From: Cycas panzhihuaensis | Lineage: Eukaryota > Plantae > Cycadophyta | Length of the DNA: 64,000 nucleotides | NCBI GenBank assembly: GCA_023213395.1 | Contig: CM041465.1 | Span: forward strand, 183,341,741 to 183,405,740 | Direction of reading: 5' to 3' | In this document: one piece after another, positions 49,201-61,369 of the stretch | Layout: each line of letters opens with the position of its first letter | How positions within the stretch are numbered: the stretch's first letter is position 1 | Position numbers and translations under genes: made by a program | Notes under the pieces: generated by a model | Told to the model about the DNA's origin: nothing | What the model saw: the letters and a program-made list of their open reading frames with translations, nothing else | Database searches by the model: none

Positions 49201-51224
49201 GCAAGAATAGTGTTGAAAATTCGTTGAAAGTCGGTTGCACTCAAACACTCAAATCGAACAGTGGCTCTCCTTCCATTAAGCTAATAATTGTAGTATCTAT
49301 GTCAAAACGCTCAACACAAAGGCATATAATATAATGGCATCCCAATACTCCAAGCATGGAACCAATTCAAGCCAAACCAGACCTCCATCAATCTGCACCT
49401 TCCAACATTTTGAAACTATAAAACTCCTCCCAATCTAACCCTACTATAACCTCATGTCTGCAATGATTTCCATCTCTTATGAACCCTTTCTTTCTAGGGT
49501 TTAAAAAAAAGGCTCGAATGAATTGACGTAAATCTCAAAATACCCAAGAATAGTTGTCACAAATATTTTTGGATGCACCACCCCTACTCAACAAGCTTCT
49601 TTAGTCTCTTCTACCTACAAATTTCCACTTGAATGATCCCAAAAATTTGGTCGAATGAGAGTTTTATCATGCACTTGCTTATACGTGTATACAATAAATG
49701 ACTTTCAAATCAATCACCTAGTTCACCCTTTGCCCTTTGCTTGTATTTGCTTCATCTTGGGGTTGAGACTTTGGATAAAAGTCTGTGAAGTGCAAAGAGA
49801 CTTGGTGGAGCCCATTTCTTATAAAGCTCATTTTTGCCTCCCGCGCTTCACCCATTTAAGATTCACTTAGAACTGTTGACTTATTGGAACATCCATGGAG
49901 CATGAAGCACAGTGTTACCACAATTCATTCCTCCACATTCTATCCTTTGCCCATTTAGTTACTTTGTTATCATACCTTTGGACCTTAGAACATTTGCAAA
50001 GCATATGAAACACTAAATAGTGAATATTTACAATAATTTTACACTTTCTCTTCATGTAAGACCATTTTAGCACTCTATTGGATACATTGAGTTGACATTA
50101 TAAATTAAGACTCTATTCTCCCTCATAATACATAAAATGACCTAATCCTCATAGTTTTGACTTAATAAAATCGATAGCGACTACTAAACTCAAACATCAA
50201 AACGACCTATTGAAACTACAAAAATTTCAACATACGCTCGCAGGGGTAATAACTGGTCTCTAAACTTTGAGTAGCCCTGAGTGGATTTCACATAGTATCA
50301 TTTAAACAAAACTTTCCTAAATGATTAAGACAAAACTTTTATGTACAATATATACAAGATGAGAATGTTAGTAATAAACCATAAAATGTCTTGAACTTGA
50401 GGAACTACCCATTAACTAGGATAGGTAGAATTTCTCCTTCTTTGGTCTTTAATTTGTATGCATTGCCTTTGACAAATTCTATTACCTCCAATGGTCCCAA
50501 CTGGGGTGAATCAAATTTCTTCTACTACCCCAACCTTTCATGTGCTCTATCCCACATAAGCACTTGTTCTCCTGGCTGAAATCATTTATTGAAGTTAGTT
50601 ATTTTATCAAAATGCCTCTTCACTTTAGCTTGATGATTTTGCATATGATCCACGGCATCTTGACACTTTTCCTCCAACATCAGAAGATCCCACAACCTTT
50701 GGACTAGAGGCTAAATTGAATCATCCTCTAACTTCAACAACTAAAGTGCCTCTCAAGCAAGGTGAGTGGTTAGAACAAACTTTTTACCGTACACCAAAAA
50801 ATATGGGGAATAACCCAAAGCATTCTTGGTCGTGACTTTATCAACCCATAAGGCCTGATGTATTTTTACATGCCAATGCCTTTGATTCTGATTAATCAAT
50901 CTTTTAATAATTCTAAGTAATAACTGGAAGAAGTGTGCAATGTAATATTATACTTTTGGAAAAAAATCATCATCTCAACAAATACAAAAGCAGTGCCATT
51001 ATCAAATATAAGATAGGGTGGGATTCCAAACCTTGGCATCAATACTTGCTCCAAGAATTCAATAAAAAATTGATATTGCCTTTTAGAACAGGATAGCCTC
51101 TACCCATCTTGTGAAATAATCTATGACAGTCGAAATAAACATATGCCCTTTACCAAATGCTAGATTTGTTGGTCCAATGAAATCAAGTCCCCATTTCTCA
51201 AAAGGTTAGTCCACATGTATAGGT
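46269..51224 (-). mobile_element. Tat/Ogre-like Ty3/gypsy element L: integrase plus decayed large extra 3' ORF; interrupted by G (right) and I (left)
   Basis: Integrase PFEKWGLDFIGP...VIDYFTRWVEAI (~51090-51220) and C-terminal KFDSPQLGPLEV...AYKLKTKEGEILPILVNG (~50390-50520); same-strand ORF remnants at 46359-49650. Confidence 0.75.
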
Positions 51225-53124
51225 TGTTAACCTTATGTTTACATGTTAAGAATATGTACTTTATTTTCATGTATTATTTGTACTTTTGTACTTTATGGGG
51301 TGACTTATCACTTAAGTGATAAAGTGCACACCCGCATTCATTCCTAGAGATATAACATTGTGACTTAAGGGTTAACATGACCCTTACGCACTTTTGCTCA
51401 CTTGAGAACCCAAAAGGACACGTCCTACATGCAAAGGATGTAGCTTGGATGTTTGACACTTGTCAAACATCCAATGCCTTAAGTCTCTTTTGTAACTCTA
51501 TATATTGAGACCACTTCTCATGTATCTCATATAGAGTTTAAGTTGTATTGTTATGCTGTCAGTTTGCTAATCAAACTGATATTCATTTGAAGATTGAACC
51601 AATTCCATCTCCTCCTCATTTTGGGTATCATCTTGCTCATGCTCTTTCATGTTTTAGTCTTTTACCTTGTTTACTTGAAGTAAACTTTCATTATTAGTAT
51701 AGATCTCTTTGATTCTAGAACTAGAGTTGAACAATCTTCTAGATCTTGGTTTATGTAGGCTAAATGCCATTTTCAACATTTGGTATCAGAGCAGAAGAAG
51801 CTTATTTCTCTCTGTTCTGATTTCCTCTTTTTTTGAGATCTTGTAAGGGTTTACAAACCCTTGGTGATGACCTTCGCTCTTGAAGGCGATCCAAGGTTTG
51901 TCTCTCCCATTTTGCAATAGTTCTAAACATTTTCGAGCCATTTGCAAGTTGGAGGAGGTGTATTTCATATTTGAAAATTTTTTTCAGACCTTTATGAAGG
52001 GTGTAGCACTTACTATTTTCAAAAAGCATTGATTTTCTCTAATTTTTCTTCAAGAAAAATTATTTTTTCCAGGAAAATGAGGCAAATCTAAGTTATTTTA
52101 CTACTTTTTGATTGTAAATCAGTCTTTTAATTATTATCTGTGGTCTGCAATTAATTTGCAACACTCATTTCACAATTTTGGGCAGATTTGTTATCATTTT
52201 CTAATGATTTCTTGTGATTCTTTCTAAGAAAAATTTAATTTTCTACCAAAGCAAGGCAGATCTCAGGACGTTACTCATCTTTTGACTGTAAATCAATCCT
52301 TTATTTACTCATGTCAGTTTGTACTTAATATGCCAAGCAAAAAGCTGTGTTAGGGTAGATTTTATGCATTTTTTAGCAATGTTTTTTATGAAAACTGCTC
52401 ATTACTCTTCATTCTCCCAATAGATCTCTGTTCTAATCTTCGTTGTAGGATCTATGATCACTAAAGGGCATTTTAGAAGAATTTTTAAGAGGGTTTGAAC
52501 CCTAGACAACCGTACGGCTATACACTTGTCCTCCATGGCCCATGCGCCCATCTTTTTCTTTGAACGGTTCGTTTTCTCTCCACACCTAATGGAATGACGT
52601 GAAAACTGAGTTGAATCATCGATGAGGGGATTCAAGCCCTCCTCTGAAGTTTCATCTGAATCTTAGCATCACAAAGGCTATTCGATCGATCTGTTCCTTT
52701 GTGGAATCGCGCGACTTGCCATCCTCCATTTCACTTGCATTTCCTCTACATGCAACAAAACTATATCAACAGACTACTCAAAATGATCGTGCTCAGTTGG
52801 GAACTCCAGATCTGTAGTCACATATGAGATTCGATTGGCCATTTGATCGATTTTCTCATCAGTTCGATTTATTTTTCCATCAAAAGTTTGTCATTTCGAT
52901 TTTTTTTTCGAAAAATTTTGATTTTAACTTTATAAAATAACTTTGGTTTATATGATATGGTATATTCAAAGAATATTTCATTTTAAATAAACTTAAAAGT
53001 TATAAAGTTTTAAATTTTCAAAGTGATTTTAATGTTTTAATCACTTTTCTTAAGTAAATTCAATGTTTTCTTTTAATATTTTGAGCTTCATTTAAACACA
53101 CAAAACATTTGTAATTGTGTTTTT

Positions 53125-53450
53125 GACTCATTAAATGACCTCTTAAGTCATTTTTATCATTATAAAGGCAAAATAGTCACTTTTTTAAGTGTTCTATGAG
53201 GCTCCTTGTGCGGTGTCCTTCATGCCCTAGTTCTCAATAGGGTCAAATTCACATTTTCCTTACTTTTTGAAGTCACTTTAACATAAAAAAAATTTACATC
53301 TATACTTAGTGACTCATTAAGTGACTTTTTTAAGTCATTTTTATCGTTGTAAAAGCAAAAAGAAATCACCTTTTAAAGTGTTTTCTTAAAAGCTCCCTGC
53401 GTGGTGACCTAGAGTCCTAGTCCAAAAAGGGGCTCACAAATCACTTTTTA
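53125..53450. repeat. Old ~186-bp tandem duplication in the leader of G
   Basis: GACTCATTAA.TGAC...TTAAGTCATTTTTATC.TT.TAAA.GCAAAA at ~53125 and ~53311. Confidence 0.6.
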
Positions 53451-53556
53451 ATAAAAAGATCTCTCATTTTTGTGGTTGGTTGGGACTAATTCAAGTCCTA
53501 ACACTTGGTGCATGGTGTCTACATTGCAAAGTGAATCTTTTTCGCTTTCAAGTTAA
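53401..53556. repeat. 156-bp target duplication flanking J, left copy (right copy 57773-57928)
   Basis: GTGGTG.CCTAGAG.CCTAGTCCAAAAAGGGGCTCAC...GTTAA on both sides of J, about 9 mismatches. Confidence 0.93.
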
Positions 53557-56500
53557 GGTATGCATTGCCACACCGGAATCTTCTAGAGTCTTCCTTGCCC
53601 ATAAAGGTATTGAAGAACCTGTTGCTGGAGGTACTTCAACTCGCGATGGCTCCTCACTATTACTCGTCCCACTTGATCCTGCTTCTTCAGGTGTTTCAGC
53701 AACTAGCTCATTGTCCTTTTCGCTAAATAAATCTGGGAATGGGAGAAGGGGGGGGTAAAAAGGCTCCTCTGATGATCGGTCAGCATGATACGTCGATGTC
53801 TCATCAAATTTGACATCCTGACTAACCACAATCTTCTCCCCCTGTGGATTCCATAGTCTGTAAGCTTTATTCTCAGTGCAATACCCCATGAATATTCACT
53901 TTAGACTTTTCTGATCCAACTTCTTTCGGGTATCATCTGGGATGTGGGCGTAAGCAATACACCCAAACATTCTTAAATGGCTAATGACAAGCTTACGACC
54001 AGTCCATTTTTCTACAGGGGTCATGCTACGAACTGCTTGAGTAGGTATCCGGTTCAAAATATAAACAACAACGCCACGCCGCTAAAACTTTGGTGTGTTT
54101 TAGCATGCACCATACACCTCGCCATCTCTATCATGGTACAGTTCTTTCTTTTAGCAACTCCATTCTGTTGTGGGGTATACGGGACCGTAAATTCCTGCTT
54201 TATACCATGATCGCAGTAGAACTGACTGAATGCATTGTTGTCATATTCCTTGCCATTATCACTTCTTAACGACTTTATTTTCTTATCACATTCATTTTCA
54301 ACCATCACTTTCTAGTCACAAAAGTGATCAAACATGTCTGACTTGTTCTTGAGAAAGTAAACCAGGCCTTCTTGGTGTAGTCATCTACAAATACAAGGGT
54401 ATAACGAGCTCCAAATATCAAAGGGTTAGGAAGAGGACCCATTATGTTTGAATGTACAAGCTCCAGCTTCTCCTTGGCTCTCAAGGCATTATCCCGAGCA
54501 AAAGGGTGGCAGTGGTGCTTGCCATACATACACCCTTCGCACACACCATCTGAGTAGGTAACCGACGACAATCCTTCCACCATCTTCAACCTCTACAATA
54601 GTGCAATACTCCTGTAATTAAGGTGATCGAGGCAGTTGTGCCACAACTTAGTCACGTCATTCGCACTGGCATCAAAGGCATAGAACTTCTTGTGAGACTG
54701 AAACTTTTCAAACACCTAAAAGTTGTCCCTGACTTTCCCAGTAGCTATGACAGCAAAGTTCTATTATGGATCCTTAATCAAGCATTTGTCATCATAGAGC
54801 TCCACCTTCATACCTTGTTTGCAAATCTCCCAGGCTGAAAGAAGGTTCAACTGCATCTTTGGTACATAATACACCCCAATAAATTTACCTCCTACAATGG
54901 AAACTTCATCAATACCTTCTACCAACAAGACGCAAGCATCTCCAAGAAATGTGCTTCTATGCTCTAGAGTCAAGCATCCAATAATCTGTCCGATCTTATT
55001 CGGCTGATAAGGCTTTTACTCAGACACAGTGAGCAGCAATGTTCTTCCCTTTATCATCCTAATTGACTTTGCGCTTGTCACGACGCTTGAACCAACAGTT
55101 CTTCTTGCAATGACCATCCTTCTTGCAGTAATTACATTTCTCGTTGAACTTCTTTTTCTCTTGAGAACTTTCTCCTGACCTCTATGTGATCTTCTCCTCC
55201 TTAGTGGCCTCCTTCCTCTAAGTTTTCATAGCTAATGCCTAACTTGAACCAAAACCTCCAAGCATACCATGATGTTTGAGCTCGGCATCCCCTACTATAA
55301 TCAAGTTTTTAAGCCCATCAAACGTCTCTGCTTCCATCACTTCATCTCTACCATAAATGGTATGGAATGTGGCGAAGGCAGCCAGCAATTTCGACATGAT
55401 TATTGCGAATAACAATGCATCATCAATCAAGTTTGGCTTCAGTTCTTCTAGCTTATTCTTCAAGTCTGTAATCTTGTTAAGGTAGGAGTTGATGTTGTTT
55501 TCATCCTCCACACGCGAGTTGAGTAATTCCAACATCAATGCAAGATGTCTATTCATCTGCTTCTTTTCAAACGTATCACACAGTTTTTTCCATATCTCAA
55601 CTGGTTCGTCTAGATTGTGAACCAACGCTCTCTGGCCAGTGCCAGTGATAGTTTCAACAGTCCCATGACCATAAATTGCTTCTCTTCAAGATGAATTCGC
55701 TACTTATGGTCTAATGGAATCGCGTCCACTTTCGCCTTGGTAATTCCCCGGAGTTGATTCACCATCAAAATAAGTTCCATATTGGCCTTCCACTCACTGA
55801 AATTATTATCATTAAAGATAACTTTGGGCATAATGCGCTCCACCTTCGAGAAATGGGCTTCAATACGAAACAATCGATACCAAAACGAATGTCTGCAGGA
55901 CAAAAGTGCACCTATGTGTCCTCCTCTAGCTCACGAGCATGCTTCCAAGGGCACCCAACATCGACTATACCCACGTTAAGTGAGCCACCGACTGTTTATG
56001 CCTCATCAACTGTCAACAAACGGCCTTAAAATACCCAAAAAAGGTGTCAAAAATGACCCTTAAGGCACTCAAAACAATGCTCCAAGAACAAAGGATGGCT
56101 CCACATGGTTATAGTGCACGGTCTCCAAGTCTAAATCACAAAAGATCTCCTCGATCCGTGCTCAAAACGAACCAAGAACACTCCAAATACACTCACAATA
56201 AGTAAAATATGATGTATCAAAGGTCTAAGGGTCTCCTTTTTTATATTTTGTCATTGAGGAGAATATACCAAAAGATATATTCTCAAAGTTGTGACTTTTC
56301 AAATACACCGCACCTTATCACTTAACCCACGTGATTAAAATGAAAGGCATAAAAGAGATTATGATTTACTAACTATCAAACCTTGGTAAAAATCATTCAA
56401 AGAGAAATGAAAAGTTGCAATTGCATGATTCCATAAGGTGTGGTTGCCACACTACTAATCTGGCCTGCATACACTAGAAGGACTAGCGTACAGAGATGAA

Positions 56501-57772
56501 GGCTTATACCCACTATGTACGGTTCGTAAGCAATCTGTATGCTGCCCAGCCACCTCCAAACATGCCCAGCCAACCTTAATAGACACCAACCCGCCTTTAG
56601 AGAGGCAAAAAAACTTGAATATAGTAGGCAAGCAATCCCAGCTCCACCCAACAGCCTCCAGATCATGCCCAACCAACACACTACACACTCAGACAACCTC
56701 AAAATAGTTGTACAATGCTTATTTAAAGCACACAAGTCTCCAAAACAACATACAAACAACCCAACTATCTCTCAACACACAGATGCAGGCTCAACAAGGT
56801 GTATTCAGCAGAGATAAGAGGTCATACTCCCACTTACAAAAGCATTACAACTCAAAAATACAGTGGACAATGCTTTATACTGAAATGTGCTTCATCAAAT
56901 CTCAGTATAGAGGGTTGAAAACGACTCAAGAAGGCTCCAATCTCTCCCTTATATAGACCAAATGAAGGCGATACTAGAAAAACTCTTCCCGTGTTTTGAA
57001 TTTTATAGTGTTTTTGGTGAAAAAATTACTAACTTACTTGTGTACAAGGTTGGTTGTCCTTATAGTCTCTAAATCACCATCAACGCGCGCTCTATTGGCT
57101 TGAATTACTGCAACAGTTCTTCAATCGGCTTCAGATGACCTTCAATGAGCAACTCCAACCACAAGCGTGGTCTTCACTCCTGAATATCGACTCCCAAGAA
57201 CCCTTATTCTCCGTTGAATAGTGATCTTCACTTTTTCAACAACCACTGATACAATGTGCCTGCTTCTGCACATTGTTGGGGTTGATGCACCCTCAAGACT
57301 TGTCTTGGGTTAGTCGGCGTTACCCGGCAACCAACGATCACACCGCTCTGCTCAACGTCAGGCTTCAGCTGTGTAGGACCCTACGGATCTAATACCATGT
57401 TCGCGAACATGAAATCATACACAAATATTCCCAACCGCAGAATCTTTTACCATACACAACAAGCACACAAATATACACAGATAACAAATGCATAGTACAC
57501 AAGAATTTACGTGAGAAAACCCTTTCGGGAAAAAACCCACCACAAAAGGATCCTTGATGGATCACTTGATTATTTCACAAATAATCGATACAATGATTCT
57601 TGGATATTGAATATACAAGGCCTCAAGGCATTTATACTCTCCCAAGAGGTATCACTCAATTAGGGTTGTGACCCTCCAAATAAGTCGCACCTTTTTGGCT
57701 TCACACCTTTTCACATAATTAAACCACATTAACATTAACTAAGTGGCTTAATAATTAACTGTCGCATTAACA
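53557..57772 (-). mobile_element. 3'-truncated Ty1/copia element J (family of K, related to H): 5'LTR 57398-57772, gag-PR-IN, no RT/RH/3'LTR
   Basis: LTR is the reverse-complement homolog of 61370-61729; degenerate PBS 57386-57397; gag from ~55843 (ERIMPKVIFNDNNFSEWK); IN ends ...PLWARKTLEDSGVAMHT at the junction. Confidence 0.92.
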
Positions 57773-57928
57773 GTGGTGGCCTAGAGCCCTAGTCCAAAAA
57801 GGGGCTCACAAATCACTTTTTAATAAAAAGATCTGTCATTTTTGTGGTTGGTTGGGACTAATTCAAGTCCTAACAGTTGGTGCATGGTGTCTACATTGCA
57901 AACTAAATCTTTTTCACCTTCAGGTTAA
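57773..57928. repeat. 156-bp target duplication flanking J, right copy
   Basis: Begins immediately after the LTR terminus ...ATTAACA. Confidence 0.93.
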
Positions 57929-60900
57929 CCATTTCTCCATTAAAAAGAACCCACTTGAAGCAACATCACAAGGAAGTTCATCATTTTATTTGGGTACTTA
58001 GCACTTTTTTTGATCTTTTGAAAAGTGCTTTTCTTAAAACACTTAATATGTTACATGTGATGTACTCAAATGTGTTACTTGGATATCTTTAGCACTCTTT
58101 TTCACTTCATTAAGTGCTTTGTAAAACACTCTAAGTGTTATATTTTTTATGTAGTAAATTGCTTCTTTTTGAAGCCACATTTATAAGCTTTTAAACATTC
58201 ATTTTTCAAGTACATCATCCAAGTAAAACTCATCTAAAGTCAACTTGAACACTCTTAAAAAGTACTTTCAAATCTAGTAGGAGAGGCCCGAAAAAGATTC
58301 AAACCTTGCTTCTGAAATAACCTTAAGCTTAGTGCATTCCCTAAGGGACCAACCAACCGTACAGTCAGTGCACGACAATTAAGGTTGTTTGAGGGAAAGG
58401 AGGTTCAAAAAGGGTGTTATTAGGGCTATGAATACCAAGGAAAGCATAGTACATCCATGCAGATCAATCCTACCTACCTTGTCCTAGATTTGACTTGGTC
58501 AACCATTGGATTTCATCTATAGATCAGGGTTGGACCAACTCTTTTGCCTAGTCCTCCATTCCTCATCATTCCATTCAGTTGTTGGATCTTCTAGTAAAAT
58601 CAAGACTGTTGGTTTGTTAGAAGGTGGAACTTAAGCGACAAAAACTTTGAGTTTCCAAGTCATCTGCTAGCTTCAAGCGTTACAACTATAACATGGCTGC
58701 TTTAAACATGCTTAATGCATGTACCATCAAATTAACAGGTCAAGATAATTATCAAGAATGGAAGAGGCAAACAGAAAACCTCTTAATAATGAACGAATTT
58801 TGGGGTTATGTTTTGACAAAATTCCCCAACCTGTACTTGTGGAAGATGATGGTGTTGTTGTTCATCTAAATCAAGTTTATGTTGCTGCTTGGGATTCCAA
58901 GGATGAAATTGCCTTGGCATTCTTGCATATGACTATTGATGTCCATGTTGATCAAAATATAGTGTGTGCAAAAACCTCTAAGGAAGCCTGGGACACTTTG
59001 TCCTCTTTGTATGAAAGGCAAGATGAAACTCGCATTTTGATGGTGAAAGCAAAATTATACTCTTTGAAATTTATAAAGCCTATGTCAGCATTCTTTTCTT
59101 CCATCAAAGAAATCTGTAATGAATTGAATACATTAGGCAAACCAACTTCTAGAGATGAGCTTGTAACGGCAATTGTTCGAGCAATATCTAAGGATTATAA
59201 CAGATTCATATCATATGTTACATATGATGGCTCACTTTCAAGTATGTCCTTCAATCAACTTGAAAGTTTGTTACTTCAAGAAGAGTAGATTTATATCAGA
59301 GAAGATGATGAACCATCCACATCAAGAGCATTCACAGCCAAATTGAAGGCCAAGCAAGGTCCCAAACCTTCACTCACAAAATAGTTTAGGAACATGAACA
59401 TTGGCTCATCAAAGGCCAATGCCATCTATCATTATTGTGGCAAAGTTGGCCACATAGCTCTTGAATGCAGAAAGAAGCAAGCCGATCTCTACCACACACG
59501 ACAACAGCAACCACGTCAATAGCATCAGAGGCAACAACAACCTCACCAAATAGCTCTAGCAAAGGAAGCAATTTCAAAGATCGAATACAGCAACAACCCC
59601 CTCAACCAAATCGAGGTGCAAATCGAGGAGGTCAAAAAGGAAGGGGGTGTTTCAGAGGTGGCAATCAACGCCACTCCAATCAATTTGCAGATGAGGATAA
59701 GCTATTTTGTGCTTATCACACATCAGATGTTGATCAGACTTGGATCATCAACTCGGGGGTATCTCGTCACCTGACTAGGAGTGAAGAACTTCTTTATGAC
59801 ATCAAAGAAGGAAAGGGAAGATCAATGATCTTTGGAAACAATGAATCAGTTCAAATCTCAGGTATAGGCAAAATTGCCTCATTCCACTCTCCTTCAAATC
59901 CTTCATCCACATTTCCCACTAGAGATGCCTACCTAATCCCTTCCATGGAGAAGAGTTTGCTATCTATTAGCCAAATGTACAAGCAATAGATGAGCATTTT
60001 GTTCAAAAATGGGAAATGTGTCATTAGTGACAAGTATGATCATATGGTAGCCCTTGGTCATGAAGATATGAACTTTATAAGATGGATGCAAATAATATAA
60101 CCTTTGATTCTGCTTACTTTGTCACTCAATCATTATCAAAGATGCAGCTTTGGCATCAACGTCTCGGCCACTTAAGCTTAGACAATATCAAAATGATGGT
60201 GAACAAAACATGGTGCATGGGCTTCCAAAGCTATATGGTTCAAAATGTCTTTGTGAAGCATGTATAATAAGGACACAACATCAATTGCATTTCCTTAAAG
60301 GCAAAGCATGGTGTGCATCACATCCGTTGCAGCTAATCCACTCGAATATCTATGGACCTATGTCCATGGCATCTTTTGGAGGAGCATTGTACTACATCTC
60401 CTTCATAGATGATTTCTCTCACAAAGTTTGGGTCTACTTTATCAAACAGAAATCTGAAGCATTCTAGAAGATCAAGGAATTCAAACTTGAGGTGGAGAAT
60501 GCGTATGGCCATTCAATCAAGATCCTAAGGTCAGATAATAGAGGTGAATTCACTTTAAAGGAATTCATCTAATTCTGCAAGGATAACGGCATTCAGAGAT
60601 AGCTCACCATTCCTCACACTCCTCAACAAAATGGGGTTTATGAACGCATGAGCAAGACTTTGGCAAACAAAGGCAAAACTATGATGCATGCGAGAGGACT
60701 ATGACGAGCATACTTGGCAGAAGCATTCCACACAGTTGTCTATGTAGCAAATCGGAGTCCTACGTCAACAGTCACTAACATCACACCAAAGGAAGCTTGG
60801 TCTGGCAAAAAGCCTATCGTTAGCCATTTGAAGACATTTGGGTGCGCTACATATATGCACATTCCCGATCACCAAAGATCTAAACTAGACAAACATAGTC

Positions 60901-61369
60901 TCAAATGCATTTTTGTAGGCTATGCCATTCATAGCAAGGCTTACAAGTTGTATGATCCTATTGGTAAGAAAATGCCTCTCTCAAAAGATGTAATCTTTGT
61001 TGAAGATGAACATAAAGAGTTGGAATCAACATCCATCCAACCTCCTCTTGATAAAGGCAAAAAAATTGTTGAGGCTTTCCTTCCCTCTCAATCTTTCACA
61101 CCATGTATATCATCTGCACCGGCTAGTCCTTCCACTTCATCAGAATCTACTCCACTTGATCCTAGCACGTCTTCTGTTGATCAACCACTTCGACCAGAAG
61201 ATATTGAAGTTTAAGTTACATCAGTCAAGAAGTTGCCTAAATGGTATACTCAAACTGTTCAAGAAGGCCAAATTATTAAAGGAAAACATCCATCAAAATA
61301 TAGGGAGCAAACCAATTATGCACTTATGGCTGAAGTGTTATGTGTTAATTGGCCTTCCACTTTTGAAGA

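Larger units (their letters stand above)
51225..61369 (+). mobile_element. Ty1/copia element G (family of E): 5'LTR 51225-51778, long leader, gag-PR-IN; interrupted by J and K, 3' part beyond the window
   Basis: TGTTAA...TCAACA LTR; perfect PBS 51781-51792; gag ATG 58693; LWHQRLGHLS; YYISFIDDFS; AEAFHTVVYVANRSP. Confidence 0.9.
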
